Assembly (NCBI GenBank): GCA_963766885.1
Contig: CAVYBO010000001.1
Span: forward strand, 4,352-68,351
Reading direction: 5' to 3'
DNA from: an uncultured bacterium
Lineage (GTDB): Bacteria > Patescibacteriota > Minisyncoccia > Phycocordibacterales > CAIRYW01
Length of the DNA: 64,000 bases
Positions 38,022-48,167 of this stretch are shown here, piece after piece. Numbering within the stretch: the first letter of the stretch is position 1; each line of letters opens with the position of its first letter. Under the pieces are notes generated by a model. It had not been told where the DNA came from. It saw only the letters and a list, made by a program, of their open reading frames with translations, and searched no databases. The position numbers and the translations under genes are program-made.

Positions 38022-38921
38022 ATGAAACAGATACCAATAAGCGTAGTAGTACCAGACGGTTCAATGCAACCAGTTGTAATGGACCTTCTTGCAAAAGCGG
38101 GTATGCCAGTGAAAGTGAGTAAACGGAGCAAAGAGGGAAAAATCGAAGGTGGTTGGATAGACAAGTTTTTCTTCCAACGGCCACAGGAAATTCCTCTCTA
38201 TCTCAACGCTGGCAATTTCGATTTAGCAATTGTCGGCGAAGATTGGATTGCCAACTGGGGATTCAAGTTTCCGGTTCTGCTTAAACTTCCGATTGGACAA
38301 AGTGGCAACAGAAAACCTGTGAAAATTGTTCTGGCAGTAAGTCAGGACAGCGGTCTCACACTGCTTCAGAATTTTCCACAGGGCTCTGAAGTTGCAACTG
38401 AATATGTCGAGTTGGCGAAGAGGTATTTCGCCAACAGATGTAGGTCAGATATTCGCGTCATGCCATCATATGGCAACACGGAACAAAAAATCCGATTCGG
38501 AGCAACAGCAATCATTGATGTAACTGAGACGGGAGAATCGCTTCGGGAAAACAATCTTGTAATTATTGACGAGATTATGGAATCAAACACCGTTCTGGTG
38601 GCCAATCCTGCGTCTCTCAACAATGAATACATTAAGCCAAACATGGATCTCTTCACCGAACTTGTCAAAGGAGCCTTTGAGGCTTCCGGATATGTTCTGG
38701 TGGTGTCGAATGTGCCCGAAAAAGTGCTCAAGAAGGTAAGTCGCATCCTTGGCGGCTTAAAAGGTCCTTCATGCTCGCCTCTTATCGGAAAAGGAAAAGG
38801 TCGTTTTGCACTGCAGTCCGTTATTCCAAGGGAGAAAGAACAGGAGGTTGTTCGCAACCTACGGCAAATTGGAGTGACAGACATCTTTGTGATCCGAGAC
38901 ATTCCTCTCATCATGAGTTAA
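38022..38921 (+). CDS. hisG: ATP phosphoribosyltransferase, long form (cassette 7)
   Basis: RPQEIP, DLAIVGED, VATEY, GNTE, IIDVTETGESLRENNL, C-terminal ACT-like domain. Confidence 0.93.
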   Translation: MKQIPISVVVPDGSMQPVVMDLLAKAGMPVKVSKRSKEGKIEGGWIDKFFFQRPQEIPLYLNAGNFDLAIVGEDWIANWGFKFPVLLKLPIGQSGNRKPVKIVLAVSQDSGLTLLQNFPQGSEVATEYVELAKRYFANRCRSDIRVMPSYGNTEQKIRFGATAIIDVTETGESLRENNLVIIDEIMESNTVLVANPASLNNEYIKPNMDLFTELVKGAFEASGYVLVVSNVPEKVLKKVSRILGGLKGPSCSPLIGKGKGRFALQSVIPREKEQEVVRNLRQIGVTDIFVIRDIPLIMS

Positions 38922-38979
38922 TTGTTTATTTGTGCTATGACACACAAACCCACCTCGTTAAAACGAAGCGGGTATTTTT

Positions 38980-39077
38980 TTATTTAAAACTTTTTATCAA
39001 CTTCAACTTCTCTCTAACACCTGCCATATACTCCTGATCAGAAAGTATTGTTATAAAAGGGTAACCGTAGTCGCCCA
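38980..39077. repeat. cassette end arm type 2 (junction 7)
   Basis: ends TAGTCGCCCA (10 bp identical to tRNA-His); homologous to 49937-50034. Confidence 0.9.
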
Positions 39078-39143
39078 GCATTTTTAAAGCCTTATTTTTA
39101 AGTATATTTTCGGAATGGGTCTAGAGAGAATCGGACTTTATTT

Positions 39144-39518
39144 CTAATGGGAATGTCCTTCCTCTCTATTCAACTCATGCACCTGATAATGCACAAGTTC
39201 TTGCAAAGCGACATATCCGAAACGAATAATTACAGCTCCGATACCTACAGTCATCCATGAACATAAAATATTCAATAGAAATGAATAAGGAATATAAAAT
39301 CTGAAAGGTGGCAGCCAATCGTGCAGAGGATTGAAAATAATCACAAAAAATAAACTAATCCAGAAAGTAAAACAAAAACCGCAGTTCAATGCTTTCCTGA
39401 AAAACCATGGAAGGGAATGTGTAAACTGTTTTAGTTTGGGTAAATCGTGTAAAAGATTTCTCCAGAGCACTGCAATTCCTGCTATCGTTAAAATTGAAAA
39501 AATATAATCTGTGAACAT
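39144..39518 (-). CDS. membrane protein, DUF1360-like (cassette 8)
   Basis: TM helices with LNCGFCFTFW motif. Confidence 0.65.
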   Translation of the reverse strand: MFTDYIFSILTIAGIAVLWRNLLHDLPKLKQFTHSLPWFFRKALNCGFCFTFWISLFFVIIFNPLHDWLPPFRFYIPYSFLLNILCSWMTVGIGAVIIRFGYVALQELVHYQVHELNREEGHSH

Positions 39519-39612
39519 TTAATTTTGCTTTTAATAATAAATTTTTAGATTCGTATAAAAATTGCGTTCGGAATTTCTTCCAAGAACGCAGTGTATTCGT
39601 GAGGTGTGATAT

Positions 39613-40263
39613 TTACACCAAACCGATTGCTTCGCCAGCTTCAGGTGAGATGCCCATGTTGAAAGGCATCCGCAAGCCGATGAGCAACATTGACTCCGAG
39701 AGTAGGTGTGACAGGAACGCTTGCGATGCTTCACCAATTGCGGTGTCATGCAAACGAACCATGATTCCACCGATGCCTTCCGCCGTCGCAGGCGCCACAT
39801 CACATCCGCAGTCGCAGTTGTGGTTGAGCACCATGCCAGTGTTGGCGTGGATGACGGATTGGATGTGCATGAACAACCGAAACACTTTGCCGATGGCGTG
39901 CAGGTGGGTATCAACCACAAACCATGGAAACGGCAGCTTGTCCTTCTGGCTGATGATGGTCGCATGCTGCTGCGGGTTCTCACGGGTGCCGAGATAACAG
40001 AGCGAATACCAGAGCGTGGAAGGAATCCGAGCTCCGAATTGTTCCGACAACTCGGCAATTGCCCTGACCATCGCTTGCTTCAGCTTGAAATCGGGGTCAT
40101 CGTGCCTGAAGGCGAAGTGATTCGGGTCAAAGGAGTTTGTGAACCCCAGTCCGACATAGTTGAGCATCACTTCGGCGACTTCGTGCATGTCCACGGTTTC
40201 GCCTTGAATGGTGACCCTGATGCCTTCGGCCGCGAGCATGAAGCCGCGAGCACGCAGAAGCAA
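39613..40263 (-). CDS. hypothetical GC-rich protein, N-terminus uncertain (cassette 8)
   Basis: frame open upstream to ~40389; nearest ATG (40393) is out of frame. Confidence 0.55.
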   Translation of the reverse strand: MLLRARGFMLAAEGIRVTIQGETVDMHEVAEVMLNYVGLGFTNSFDPNHFAFRHDDPDFKLKQAMVRAIAELSEQFGARIPSTLWYSLCYLGTRENPQQHATIISQKDKLPFPWFVVDTHLHAIGKVFRLFMHIQSVIHANTGMVLNHNCDCGCDVAPATAEGIGGIMVRLHDTAIGEASQAFLSHLLSESMLLIGLRMPFNMGISPEAGEAIGLV

Positions 40264-40541
40264 ATCGGGGTCAATGGTTTTCTCAAGACTCGGCCATGGT
40301 TCGGGAAGCCGAACGGGTTGACGCAGGTCAACGGGACGTAATCGCTGGACGGTAGTTTGGATGTAGTGGTAGTGACGGTAGTGTAGCAGTCATTGGATTG
40401 GTTGTTTGTGTTTTTGCCTCAAGATTCAAAGACCTTGTTTTGTAAATGCAAACGATTTGCAAATACCTTGCAATACTATACACAAACAAAAATGTTAATG
40501 CAAATGGTTTGCGTTAAGAATGAGTATCGGTTACAAACGCG

Positions 40542-40608
40542 GGAATGTAGATTGTTGCATCATTTAACCTCTCAAAAACAGTTCTAACATCCTCTACTAC
40601 GTCGCCCA
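40542..40608. repeat. cassette end arm type 1 (junction 8)
   Basis: 67-bp copy. Confidence 0.95.
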
Positions 40609-40768
40609 GCATTTTTAAAGCCTTATTTTTAAGTATATTTTCGGATAGGTCTAAAGAGAATCGGACTTTTCGTGAATTTCAACTAAAAAAGTTTCAACAT
40701 CGTATCAAACACCCAGTTCATTATAGAAATTGCAAAAGCAATCTATATATGTAATATGGTGGTCAGAT

Positions 40769-41074
40769 ATGATTTATTATCCAACACCAGACAAGGCCGA
40801 GAGAACCGCTCTCCAGGTTGGGGATGTTATTTCAGTAACACTGAAAGGTGATGTGTCGGTATTAAGAGATAAGAACCCTCTAAAACTCGTCGAAGACGAG
40901 GAAAGTTGTGCTGGCTACTCGTTTCTCAGTACCCTACCTGCTAAAACGAAAATCACACACGATTTTGCTTTGTTTCTAGCAAGGCAGGTGGCTTCAATTG
41001 CCAATCTCGACGTTTCTGATGACATCCAGTTCACTGACGAAGGTTACTTTGCCTTCAATGTGATTCAAAGGTGA
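40769..41074 (+). CDS. hypothetical protein (cassette 9)
   Basis: ~101-aa ORF, ATG 40769. Confidence 0.55.
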   Translation: MIYYPTPDKAERTALQVGDVISVTLKGDVSVLRDKNPLKLVEDEESCAGYSFLSTLPAKTKITHDFALFLARQVASIANLDVSDDIQFTDEGYFAFNVIQR

Positions 41075-41181
41075 GTTTACGACTCACTATTTTTTATATA
41101 TGGATTTCACAATCTTCGTTCCAACATTGTCCCAAACCTCTCGTTTGACAGAAAGAATTTTTACGTATAGAAATAGGTTAA

Positions 41182-41484
41182 ATGCGCATTGTTTATTTCA
41201 CTTACGTGGTATCCATGGGAAGCCACGGTGGAGGTTATCGTCAGGGAGGAAGCAAACTGAAACACGGTTTGTTGAATTTGAAGAAAGGGGAATTGAGCAC
41301 ATTCTCACACTGCCAACCTCAAATTGAGCAGGAGTTGCAGAGACTGAACATTCAGTTCAGTGATATCGTCTCTCCGGATAGCAAACAGTTCAACGGTTCT
41401 CTGTGTTACCAATACATCACCGATGAAGCTGAAATTCGAGAACTTCAAGAGGACACCTCCATTGAAGTCCGTATTGGCTTCTGA
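41182..41484 (+). CDS. hypothetical protein (cassette 9)
   Basis: 100 aa; TTGACA...TAGAAA upstream, hairpin+T run downstream. Confidence 0.6.
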   Translation: MRIVYFTYVVSMGSHGGGYRQGGSKLKHGLLNLKKGELSTFSHCQPQIEQELQRLNIQFSDIVSPDSKQFNGSLCYQYITDEAEIRELQEDTSIEVRIGF

Positions 41485-41552
41485 CTATCGTCACAATTTG
41501 TGGCGAATTTTTTTTATTTAAATCTTACTCAACTTTAATTGTATAAAAGCTC

Positions 41553-41619
41553 GGAATATAGATTGTTGCATCATTTAACCTCTCAAAAATAGTTCTAACA
41601 TCCTCTACTACGTCGCCCA
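41553..41619. repeat. cassette end arm type 1 (junction 9)
   Basis: 67-bp copy. Confidence 0.95.
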
Positions 41620-41767
41620 TCAGTGGATTTTTCTAAAATATCCTTACTGGGCTTAGACTTTTCAGTTCTAACCAACAGGTTGTTTTTAATTATGGGGGAA
41701 ATGTCAGATACTATTTACTTTAAAATAAGTTATACTTTTTATTATTACGAGCTTAAAAAATAATCGT

Positions 41768-42355
41768 ATGAACAATTTTGAAGGTGCTTCCACACCACCT
41801 GAAGATGAAGAAATTACCGAGAGTGAAAAAATAGAAGCAACTGATGGTTCTGAAAAACCTTTAACGTATAAAGAGAAAACAGAAAGGTTTGAAAAATTGA
41901 TGGAGGAATTAAGGGCAAGTGTTAATGGTTATGAAGAAAAATTTGAGGGTGTGTTAAATTCTATACCTTCGCCCGAAGAGTTGAGCGAACGATATACATC
42001 CCAAGTAAACAGCCCAACTGATGCACTTTCGGGAGCCAAGCTAACTGCCCAGCTTATGTTGCTAAAAGTTGATATGTTGTATCAATACAAAGAATTTGCA
42101 CGCCGTAAGAGTAATCTAATTGATAACAGCAGTAGGAGTAAGCAGGACGCTTTTACTTTTTTCAATGTTCTACCATCCGAAGGTTCAATATCAAAAATTT
42201 TAGAAGGGATGCCACACTCTATTAAAAATGAGGGTATACTGGGCAACAATCTCAATGCCTTGATAGCAGATGAAGCATCAATTTTTTCTAAATTAAAAGA
42301 ATTGAAAGATTTAGACATCTCACCTCGCATTGCTGATATGGCTTATGAATCATAG
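41768..42355 (+). CDS. hypothetical helical protein, acidic N-terminus (cassette 10)
   Basis: 195-aa ORF. Confidence 0.7.
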   Translation: MNNFEGASTPPEDEEITESEKIEATDGSEKPLTYKEKTERFEKLMEELRASVNGYEEKFEGVLNSIPSPEELSERYTSQVNSPTDALSGAKLTAQLMLLKVDMLYQYKEFARRKSNLIDNSSRSKQDAFTFFNVLPSEGSISKILEGMPHSIKNEGILGNNLNALIADEASIFSKLKELKDLDISPRIADMAYES

Positions 42356-42381
42356 TTAAAAATAAATCAGAATTTACTACA

Positions 42382-43050
42382 ATGAGTATGGAAATGCCGA
42401 CAACAGAAGAATCAAGCGAAGAAGAGGGCGTAATAGACTCTAATCCAGAAAATCAACCAGAAGAAACACCCGAAGTAATTGAACCAGAAGATGAAGCCAA
42501 GAAATCTGAAGTGGTAGAATCAAATCTTGATTCTAAAAAAGAAAGAGTAAGAGAAGAAGAGTTGAAGGAGGGTATCATCACTGTTAAAACTAACTTATCA
42601 AGAATTTCTGAATTATTAGGAAACCTTGCTGGTGAATTTCGTCGCAGAGATAGTGATAGATACACCAAAATAGCAAACTCAACAGACTTTGCTAGGTGCG
42701 GAGAGCAAATAACAGAATTTCTCCATACTCTTTCTGCTGACCAAGTTGATGAATCTGTGGGCAAACTAAAAAACCTTGGCACTATTGCCGATTCATTTAG
42801 TAAAACAGTTTTAAGTATGAATACAGATAATTACCGAGGCACTATAAAGGAGGATGCCGCAAGTCTTTTTAGACTTAAAAGTATTTTTGAGCAAATGCCA
42901 GAATTTATTGGTCGCCTTAAAGATTTAAGTTTCAAGTCAAATCAAAAAGAATTTACTTCTCTGTTTGATTCCTTTAGGAAAATAGGTGAAGGAACTGAAC
43001 GGGCAAAAAATTTCCTAACTAGACTTGGAAATGCAGTTAAAAGAAGATGA
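42382..43050 (+). CDS. hypothetical helical protein, acidic N-terminus (cassette 10)
   Basis: 222-aa ORF. Confidence 0.7.
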   Translation: MSMEMPTTEESSEEEGVIDSNPENQPEETPEVIEPEDEAKKSEVVESNLDSKKERVREEELKEGIITVKTNLSRISELLGNLAGEFRRRDSDRYTKIANSTDFARCGEQITEFLHTLSADQVDESVGKLKNLGTIADSFSKTVLSMNTDNYRGTIKEDAASLFRLKSIFEQMPEFIGRLKDLSFKSNQKEFTSLFDSFRKIGEGTERAKNFLTRLGNAVKRR

Positions 43051-43102
43051 GTCATATTTGGGATTGCATCATATAGTGAGTTGAGAGGTGGGGTAAAACG
43101 CA

Positions 43103-43169
43103 GGAATATAGATTGTCGCATCATTCCTCCTCTCAAAAACAGTTCTAACATCCTCTACTACGTCGCCCC
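43103..43169. repeat. cassette end arm type 1 (junction 10; core GTCGCCCC)
   Basis: 67-bp copy. Confidence 0.93.
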
Positions 43170-43251
43170 CAAGAGAGAATTAGTTGAGATAAACACTCCT
43201 TCTAGGAAACTATTTCGCTTTTTTATTTTTACCTTATAATGTAATGTAAAT

Positions 43252-43698
43252 ATGAATAAGTTTTCAATCACGTCTATAATTTTTTCAGTGGTATTTTTCC
43301 TGACTATGGCTTTTCTTACAACTTACGCGATTGCTGCGTCTATCGTGAGTTCCCATATCCATGTGATCAATAGAAATACTCTTAGTAAACCTTTTTCTGG
43401 TATAGTCGAAGGAACAGTCATTGCTACATCTACAACAAGTATAACAATTGATAAAAATATATATCTTGGTAGAACTGCTTCTTCTACAGAAATGACTTTT
43501 GTTTTGATGCCAAATGTCAGGGTACACGAGTATCACGGTGAAAGTGCATCCACAGGTATATCTATAGGATCATCTGTTTCTCTTGTTTTGGAACATCTGG
43601 GTAAAGATGAGGGGAAAGTTTTTGAGATACGGGTTTTGTGGAACGGAGAACATAGAAATGTTTTTACTCATACTGGCAAGAAAGCGAATACTATATGA
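43252..43698 (+). CDS. secreted hypothetical protein (cassette 11)
   Basis: signal peptide; overlaps next start (ATGA). Confidence 0.65.
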   Translation: MNKFSITSIIFSVVFFLTMAFLTTYAIAASIVSSHIHVINRNTLSKPFSGIVEGTVIATSTTSITIDKNIYLGRTASSTEMTFVLMPNVRVHEYHGESASTGISIGSSVSLVLEHLGKDEGKVFEIRVLWNGEHRNVFTHTGKKANTI

Positions 43699-46600
43699 GA
43701 TATATAAAGAGTTTAAAATCGATAGTAGTATTTTATTTTCTTTTTATACTACTTGTTTCTTTTGGGTGTATTTTACAACCTTCGACAGCTCATGCTGATA
43801 CGGGACTGGTTGCAGAATGGACTATGGATGATGGGTCAGGAAATATTGCATCTGATTCGTCTGGAAACGGAAATGATCTTGATATAAACGGCAGCGCCAC
43901 ATGGGTGGCAGGTAAAATTCTTGGCGCACTTTCTTTTGATGGCAGTAGTAATTACGCGCACGACGATTCAACATTTAATACTACGCCATCTTCTACCATG
44001 AGCTTGTGTGGCTGGATAAAGACCTCGTCTCCTACAGCTCAGACTATTCTCAGTTTCGGGCGTAATCCAGGTAATTTTACCAACGAGGGTATTTTTAGTG
44101 TTTTGGCCAGCGGGTCAATTCAATTTTGGGACTACAGTAATGGCGGTGGTGGTTTAGGTTTTTCGAGCAGCGCTTCTGGCAGTACGGGCATAGTCGATGA
44201 TGGAAACTGGCATTCGGTATGTTTTGTCAAAAATAATACCGCAGGCACCTATTATATTGATGGAGTAGAAAGTGGTATCACGACTGCAGCAACGAACGTA
44301 GCTTATGACAATACCGACTGGACATTAGGAAAAGATTATCGCGACAACGATAACTATTTCGATGGTCTCATGGACGATATGCGCGTCTACGACATCGCAT
44401 TATCATCCAGTCAGGTCTACTTGCTTTATGGAATAGAGGGCTATTGGAAGTTTGATGAGGGGTCAGGTACGGTAGCCAATGATTCTTCAGGAAATAATAA
44501 TACAGGCACAATTGTAGGTGATCCTACGTGGACAACAGGAAAAGTAGGATATGCTCTTAATTTTGGAAATAATCAATATGTGAGCATTGCTGGTACGCCA
44601 ATTTCTACAGCGATTGCTTCTAGTAGTCAGATGACAGCGACCGCATGGGTATATGCAAATTCTGCCACACCGTGGGGTACCATCATAAAAGATTGGCCAG
44701 ATTATTCGGGCAATGACCAGTTCCATCTGGGCTTTGAAGGAACTACGACTAAAATTTCTGCATATATTGAACAAAGCAATGGCACTATTATTGGTCCTGT
44801 GGAAAGCACGAGCACCTTACCGCTCAATAGTTGGCACCTCGTTGCTATGACTGCAAACGGAAGTTCAACTCTTCTTTATATAGACGGAACGGTGGTTGCT
44901 TCGAGTACGTATGATGGAACCTTGCACCAAGGTGGAAATTATATCGGCATTGGTGCAAAGCTCGATGACACAGGTTTACCAAATGCAGATAACCCAGGTT
45001 ATTTTGATGGAAAGATAGATGATGTTCATCTGTATGATAAAGGACTTTTGCCTGATGATATTCTCACTCTTATGGAAGCTCCACCTGCTCAAGTATCGAA
45101 CCTTCAGGCAACAGGAACATATGCGGGCGGTTTCTCTCTGACGTGGGATCCAAACCCTGTGGGCGATAATGTCACGAATTATGTAATCCAATATTCTACA
45201 GATGGGGGTAATTCTTGGACTCCCGTCGATACTAATTCTAACAGCACAAGCTATGAGTTGAGCGGTATTGGTCCCGGGGACTATCTTTTTCAAGTCAAAG
45301 CCGTCAATACTGTAGGACAGGGTCTACCGTCTACTCAAGTGGAGATCAATTCACCAGCCATTACTTACACGCTGGGTAATGATTGTCTTGCTTTGGAACA
45401 TATTACGACTAATCCGGGCGATGCATATGGGCACTACATTATGTCCTCGAACATTGACTGCTCAGTTGTTCCGAATTTTTCACCGATCAATTTTTCTGTC
45501 TCAGGTTTTGGCGGCACATTTGATGGTGCGGGTCATACGATCACCAATCTCACCATCAGCACCTCAACTATTCAGAATGTTGGATTGTTTAGCCAAATTC
45601 AAAATAGCGGTACTGTAGAAAATCTAACACTTACGAATACCAATGTCACGAGCGGCGAAGCATATTCTGGAATTTTGGCTGGCTATAACAATGGTACTCT
45701 CCAAAATATCTCGGTCTCGGGCACCTCAACTGGTGTGTATGCTGTCGGAGGTCTTGTGGGACAAAACGATGCGCTTGGGGTTATTTCTACCTCAAGTGCT
45801 GATGTGTACGTCATTGCTGATAATAATAGTGGAAATGGAAATGTGGAAGAAGTTGGAGGCTTTGCTGGAGAGAGCGAGGGATCGATCAATGGTTCCCATT
45901 CATTAGGGACAGTTACCAATGCGACGGGTTCTGAAGATTTTTATTATGTGGGAGGCTTTGCTGGCTTTCAGGGTGGTGACTTCACCGATGACTATGCTAC
46001 AGGGCCGATTATCGTAAACGCTGACTCTTCAGGAGAGTCGGATTATATCGGAGGTTTTGTGGGGTATGCCGGCAGTGCCGGATCCATAGATCATTCTTAT
46101 GCTACTGGAAATATCACTGATCCAGATGATTATGTTTATGAGATCGGTGGTTTTGTGGGGGAGTCGAGGGCTCCTCTTAGTGATGATTATGCGACGGGTA
46201 ATATATACGACGATAATGATAGTAACGTCGGCGATTCCTTCTATCTCGGTGGCTTTGCCGGTGGGAGCGATGCGGGTGCGATAAGTAATTGTTATGAGAC
46301 AGGCTCCATCACCATAGCTTTTCCTCAAGATTTTTATTATGTGGGAGGCTTTGCAGGATATACTGAGAATGACGAAATCAGCCAGTCCTACAGCACTGGC
46401 AATGCAGAAGGCAACGAAGCTGTCGCTGGTTTTTCAGGATATAATGAGGCCCTACTTTCTCAGGTCTATTCAAGTGGTAATGTCGTTATGTTTGGAAGTG
46501 GTCCGACATATGCTGGTGGTCTTGTGGCCGACAATGAGGGTGATATAAACGATGCTTTTTCCACAGGCAATATAAGTCTAGATAGCGGAGTGACGGGTAG

Positions 46601-47801
46601 TCCGACAGCGATTGGCGGACTGATCGGTAACAATTCTGATGCAAATATAAATCGAGCATATGCTTCTGGTGATATATCTGCTGGAACAAATAGTTCTTAT
46701 GTTGGTGGCCTCGTCGGGGCAGACTATCAGAATGGTAATGGTATAACAAATTCATATTCAGTCGGTACGGTAAGTGGAGGTACTGACGTTGGAGGATTGA
46801 TTGGCTTTGAATCTATTCAAAGTGCCGGCAATCCTTCATATACCGATTTGGCTTGGTACACTGGGTCGGCTAGCGATGTTGTCGGAGATTTTCTGAGTAA
46901 TAACGGCTCTACGGACAACGGTCCTATATTAAATCTTACTACTGGCGGCTATGGTACCGATGAGAATATAATATCGAATTTCTATGACACCACTGAACCA
47001 GTTTATGCGCAGGGTCAGATGGGTGCATGGGATTTCAGCTCGATTTGGGAATCCCATAAGAATACTTTTCCAACCTTTCAGTGGTTTAGCGCAGCCACTT
47101 ACACTATAACTGCAAGTGCAGGAACTGGTGGTGTCATAAGCAATGAGGGGAGTCTGTCGGTTTTAGATGGTTCAAACCAAAGTTACAATATTACTACGGA
47201 TAACGGTTACACCATTGCAGACGTACTTGTGGACGGTTTGTCTGTTGGTGCTGTTTCTAGTTATACATTCTCAAATATTAGTGCATCACACACCATCTCA
47301 GTAACTTTCTCTGCGATTTTGTCACCGAATGTTTCTCGAAGTGGAGGAAGCGTGCAAAGCCAAGTAAATAATTTAAACTCTTTTGGTGATATAGCAGCTG
47401 CTCAGGTTTTGATAAATCAGTACCCGTATCTTTTCAAAGATTCCACAGCGAGTTCTGGTACAGTTAGTTCAATCCAAGCTCAAATCGCACAACTTCAACA
47501 AGAACTAGTTTCTTTTGGAGACAGTACAACAACCACTGCAACCACAACAGAACTTTTAAGCAATGGCCCTGATTTATATTTTGGTTTAAGTAATCACAAG
47601 GTTAATCTACTACAGCAGTTTTTGGTTCTGGAAGATAAGGGGCAAGAAGCCAATGCTCTGGAGAAAAACGGTTTAACAAATTATTTCGGTAAGCTAACAA
47701 GAGCTGCTTTGGCAGAGTTTCAAAAATCAGTAAGTATAAAACCTGCCGCTGGATATTTTGGTCTGAAGACAAAGGCTTACTTGAAATTGTTAGGATATTA
47801 A
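43695..47801 (+). CDS. large surface protein: 2x LamG, FN3, GLUG-type repeats, C-terminal peptidoglycan-binding-like domain (cassette 11)
   Basis: W.FDEGSG/FDG..DD..Y LamG motifs; FQVKAVN FN3; repeated VGGFAG/SYATG; LQQFL...YFG..T..AL..FQ...GYFG. Confidence 0.88.
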   Translation: MRYIKSLKSIVVFYFLFILLVSFGCILQPSTAHADTGLVAEWTMDDGSGNIASDSSGNGNDLDINGSATWVAGKILGALSFDGSSNYAHDDSTFNTTPSSTMSLCGWIKTSSPTAQTILSFGRNPGNFTNEGIFSVLASGSIQFWDYSNGGGGLGFSSSASGSTGIVDDGNWHSVCFVKNNTAGTYYIDGVESGITTAATNVAYDNTDWTLGKDYRDNDNYFDGLMDDMRVYDIALSSSQVYLLYGIEGYWKFDEGSGTVANDSSGNNNTGTIVGDPTWTTGKVGYALNFGNNQYVSIAGTPISTAIASSSQMTATAWVYANSATPWGTIIKDWPDYSGNDQFHLGFEGTTTKISAYIEQSNGTIIGPVESTSTLPLNSWHLVAMTANGSSTLLYIDGTVVASSTYDGTLHQGGNYIGIGAKLDDTGLPNADNPGYFDGKIDDVHLYDKGLLPDDILTLMEAPPAQVSNLQATGTYAGGFSLTWDPNPVGDNVTNYVIQYSTDGGNSWTPVDTNSNSTSYELSGIGPGDYLFQVKAVNTVGQGLPSTQVEINSPAITYTLGNDCLALEHITTNPGDAYGHYIMSSNIDCSVVPNFSPINFSVSGFGGTFDGAGHTITNLTISTSTIQNVGLFSQIQNSGTVENLTLTNTNVTSGEAYSGILAGYNNGTLQNISVSGTSTGVYAVGGLVGQNDALGVISTSSADVYVIADNNSGNGNVEEVGGFAGESEGSINGSHSLGTVTNATGSEDFYYVGGFAGFQGGDFTDDYATGPIIVNADSSGESDYIGGFVGYAGSAGSIDHSYATGNITDPDDYVYEIGGFVGESRAPLSDDYATGNIYDDNDSNVGDSFYLGGFAGGSDAGAISNCYETGSITIAFPQDFYYVGGFAGYTENDEISQSYSTGNAEGNEAVAGFSGYNEALLSQVYSSGNVVMFGSGPTYAGGLVADNEGDINDAFSTGNISLDSGVTGSPTAIGGLIGNNSDANINRAYASGDISAGTNSSYVGGLVGADYQNGNGITNSYSVGTVSGGTDVGGLIGFESIQSAGNPSYTDLAWYTGSASDVVGDFLSNNGSTDNGPILNLTTGGYGTDENIISNFYDTTEPVYAQGQMGAWDFSSIWESHKNTFPTFQWFSAATYTITASAGTGGVISNEGSLSVLDGSNQSYNITTDNGYTIADVLVDGLSVGAVSSYTFSNISASHTISVTFSAILSPNVSRSGGSVQSQVNNLNSFGDIAAAQVLINQYPYLFKDSTASSGTVSSIQAQIAQLQQELVSFGDSTTTTATTTELLSNGPDLYFGLSNHKVNLLQQFLVLEDKGQEANALEKNGLTNYFGKLTRAALAEFQKSVSIKPAAGYFGLKTKAYLKLLGY

Positions 47802-47883
47802 ACTTTTTAAAATAATGTAATTACTTTCCGGATTACCTGGTTACTGGAGACGAGAAAGGGATTAAACAACACTTGCTATAGTT

Positions 47884-48035
47884 GGAATGTAAATCGTTGT
47901 ATCATCTAACCTCTCAAAAACAGTTCTAACATCCTATCACAAGGGCACTTCTTGCTTACGGCAGTAGCTGATACCCGAGAGCGGTACTAATTCACTATGT
48001 TCATAAGTAAACAAAGTCGTCTACTACGTCGCCCA
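47884..48035. repeat. cassette end arm type 1 interrupted by 85-bp insertion (junction 11)
   Basis: ...CATCCT[47936-48020]CTACTACGTCGCCCA. Confidence 0.9.
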
Positions 48036-48167
48036 CTGTTATATTAAGCTAACGTTAGTGGGCAGTAATATTTCTTTTTCTAACAATTTTCTATAGAAAT
48101 CTTTAATAATTTTTTTTGTTGATTCTCAATTTACCTGGTGGTAGTATGGCCGAGGTAAATTTGAACT

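Noticed and set aside
32444-40667. Arm A as conserved coding sequence continuing the antisense peptide upstream
   Set aside because: Only the copy at 40609 is open in frame (KVRFSLDLSENILKNKALKMLGD); the others have indels or stops, so the constraint looks DNA/RNA-level.
41505-41540. Partial type-2 arm fused to junction 9
   Set aside because: Similarity is limited to short A/T-rich words after a terminator and is compatible with chance.
47936-48020. Group II intron remnant as the identity of the 85-bp insert
   Set aside because: No GTGCG 5' end or recognisable domain V on either strand.
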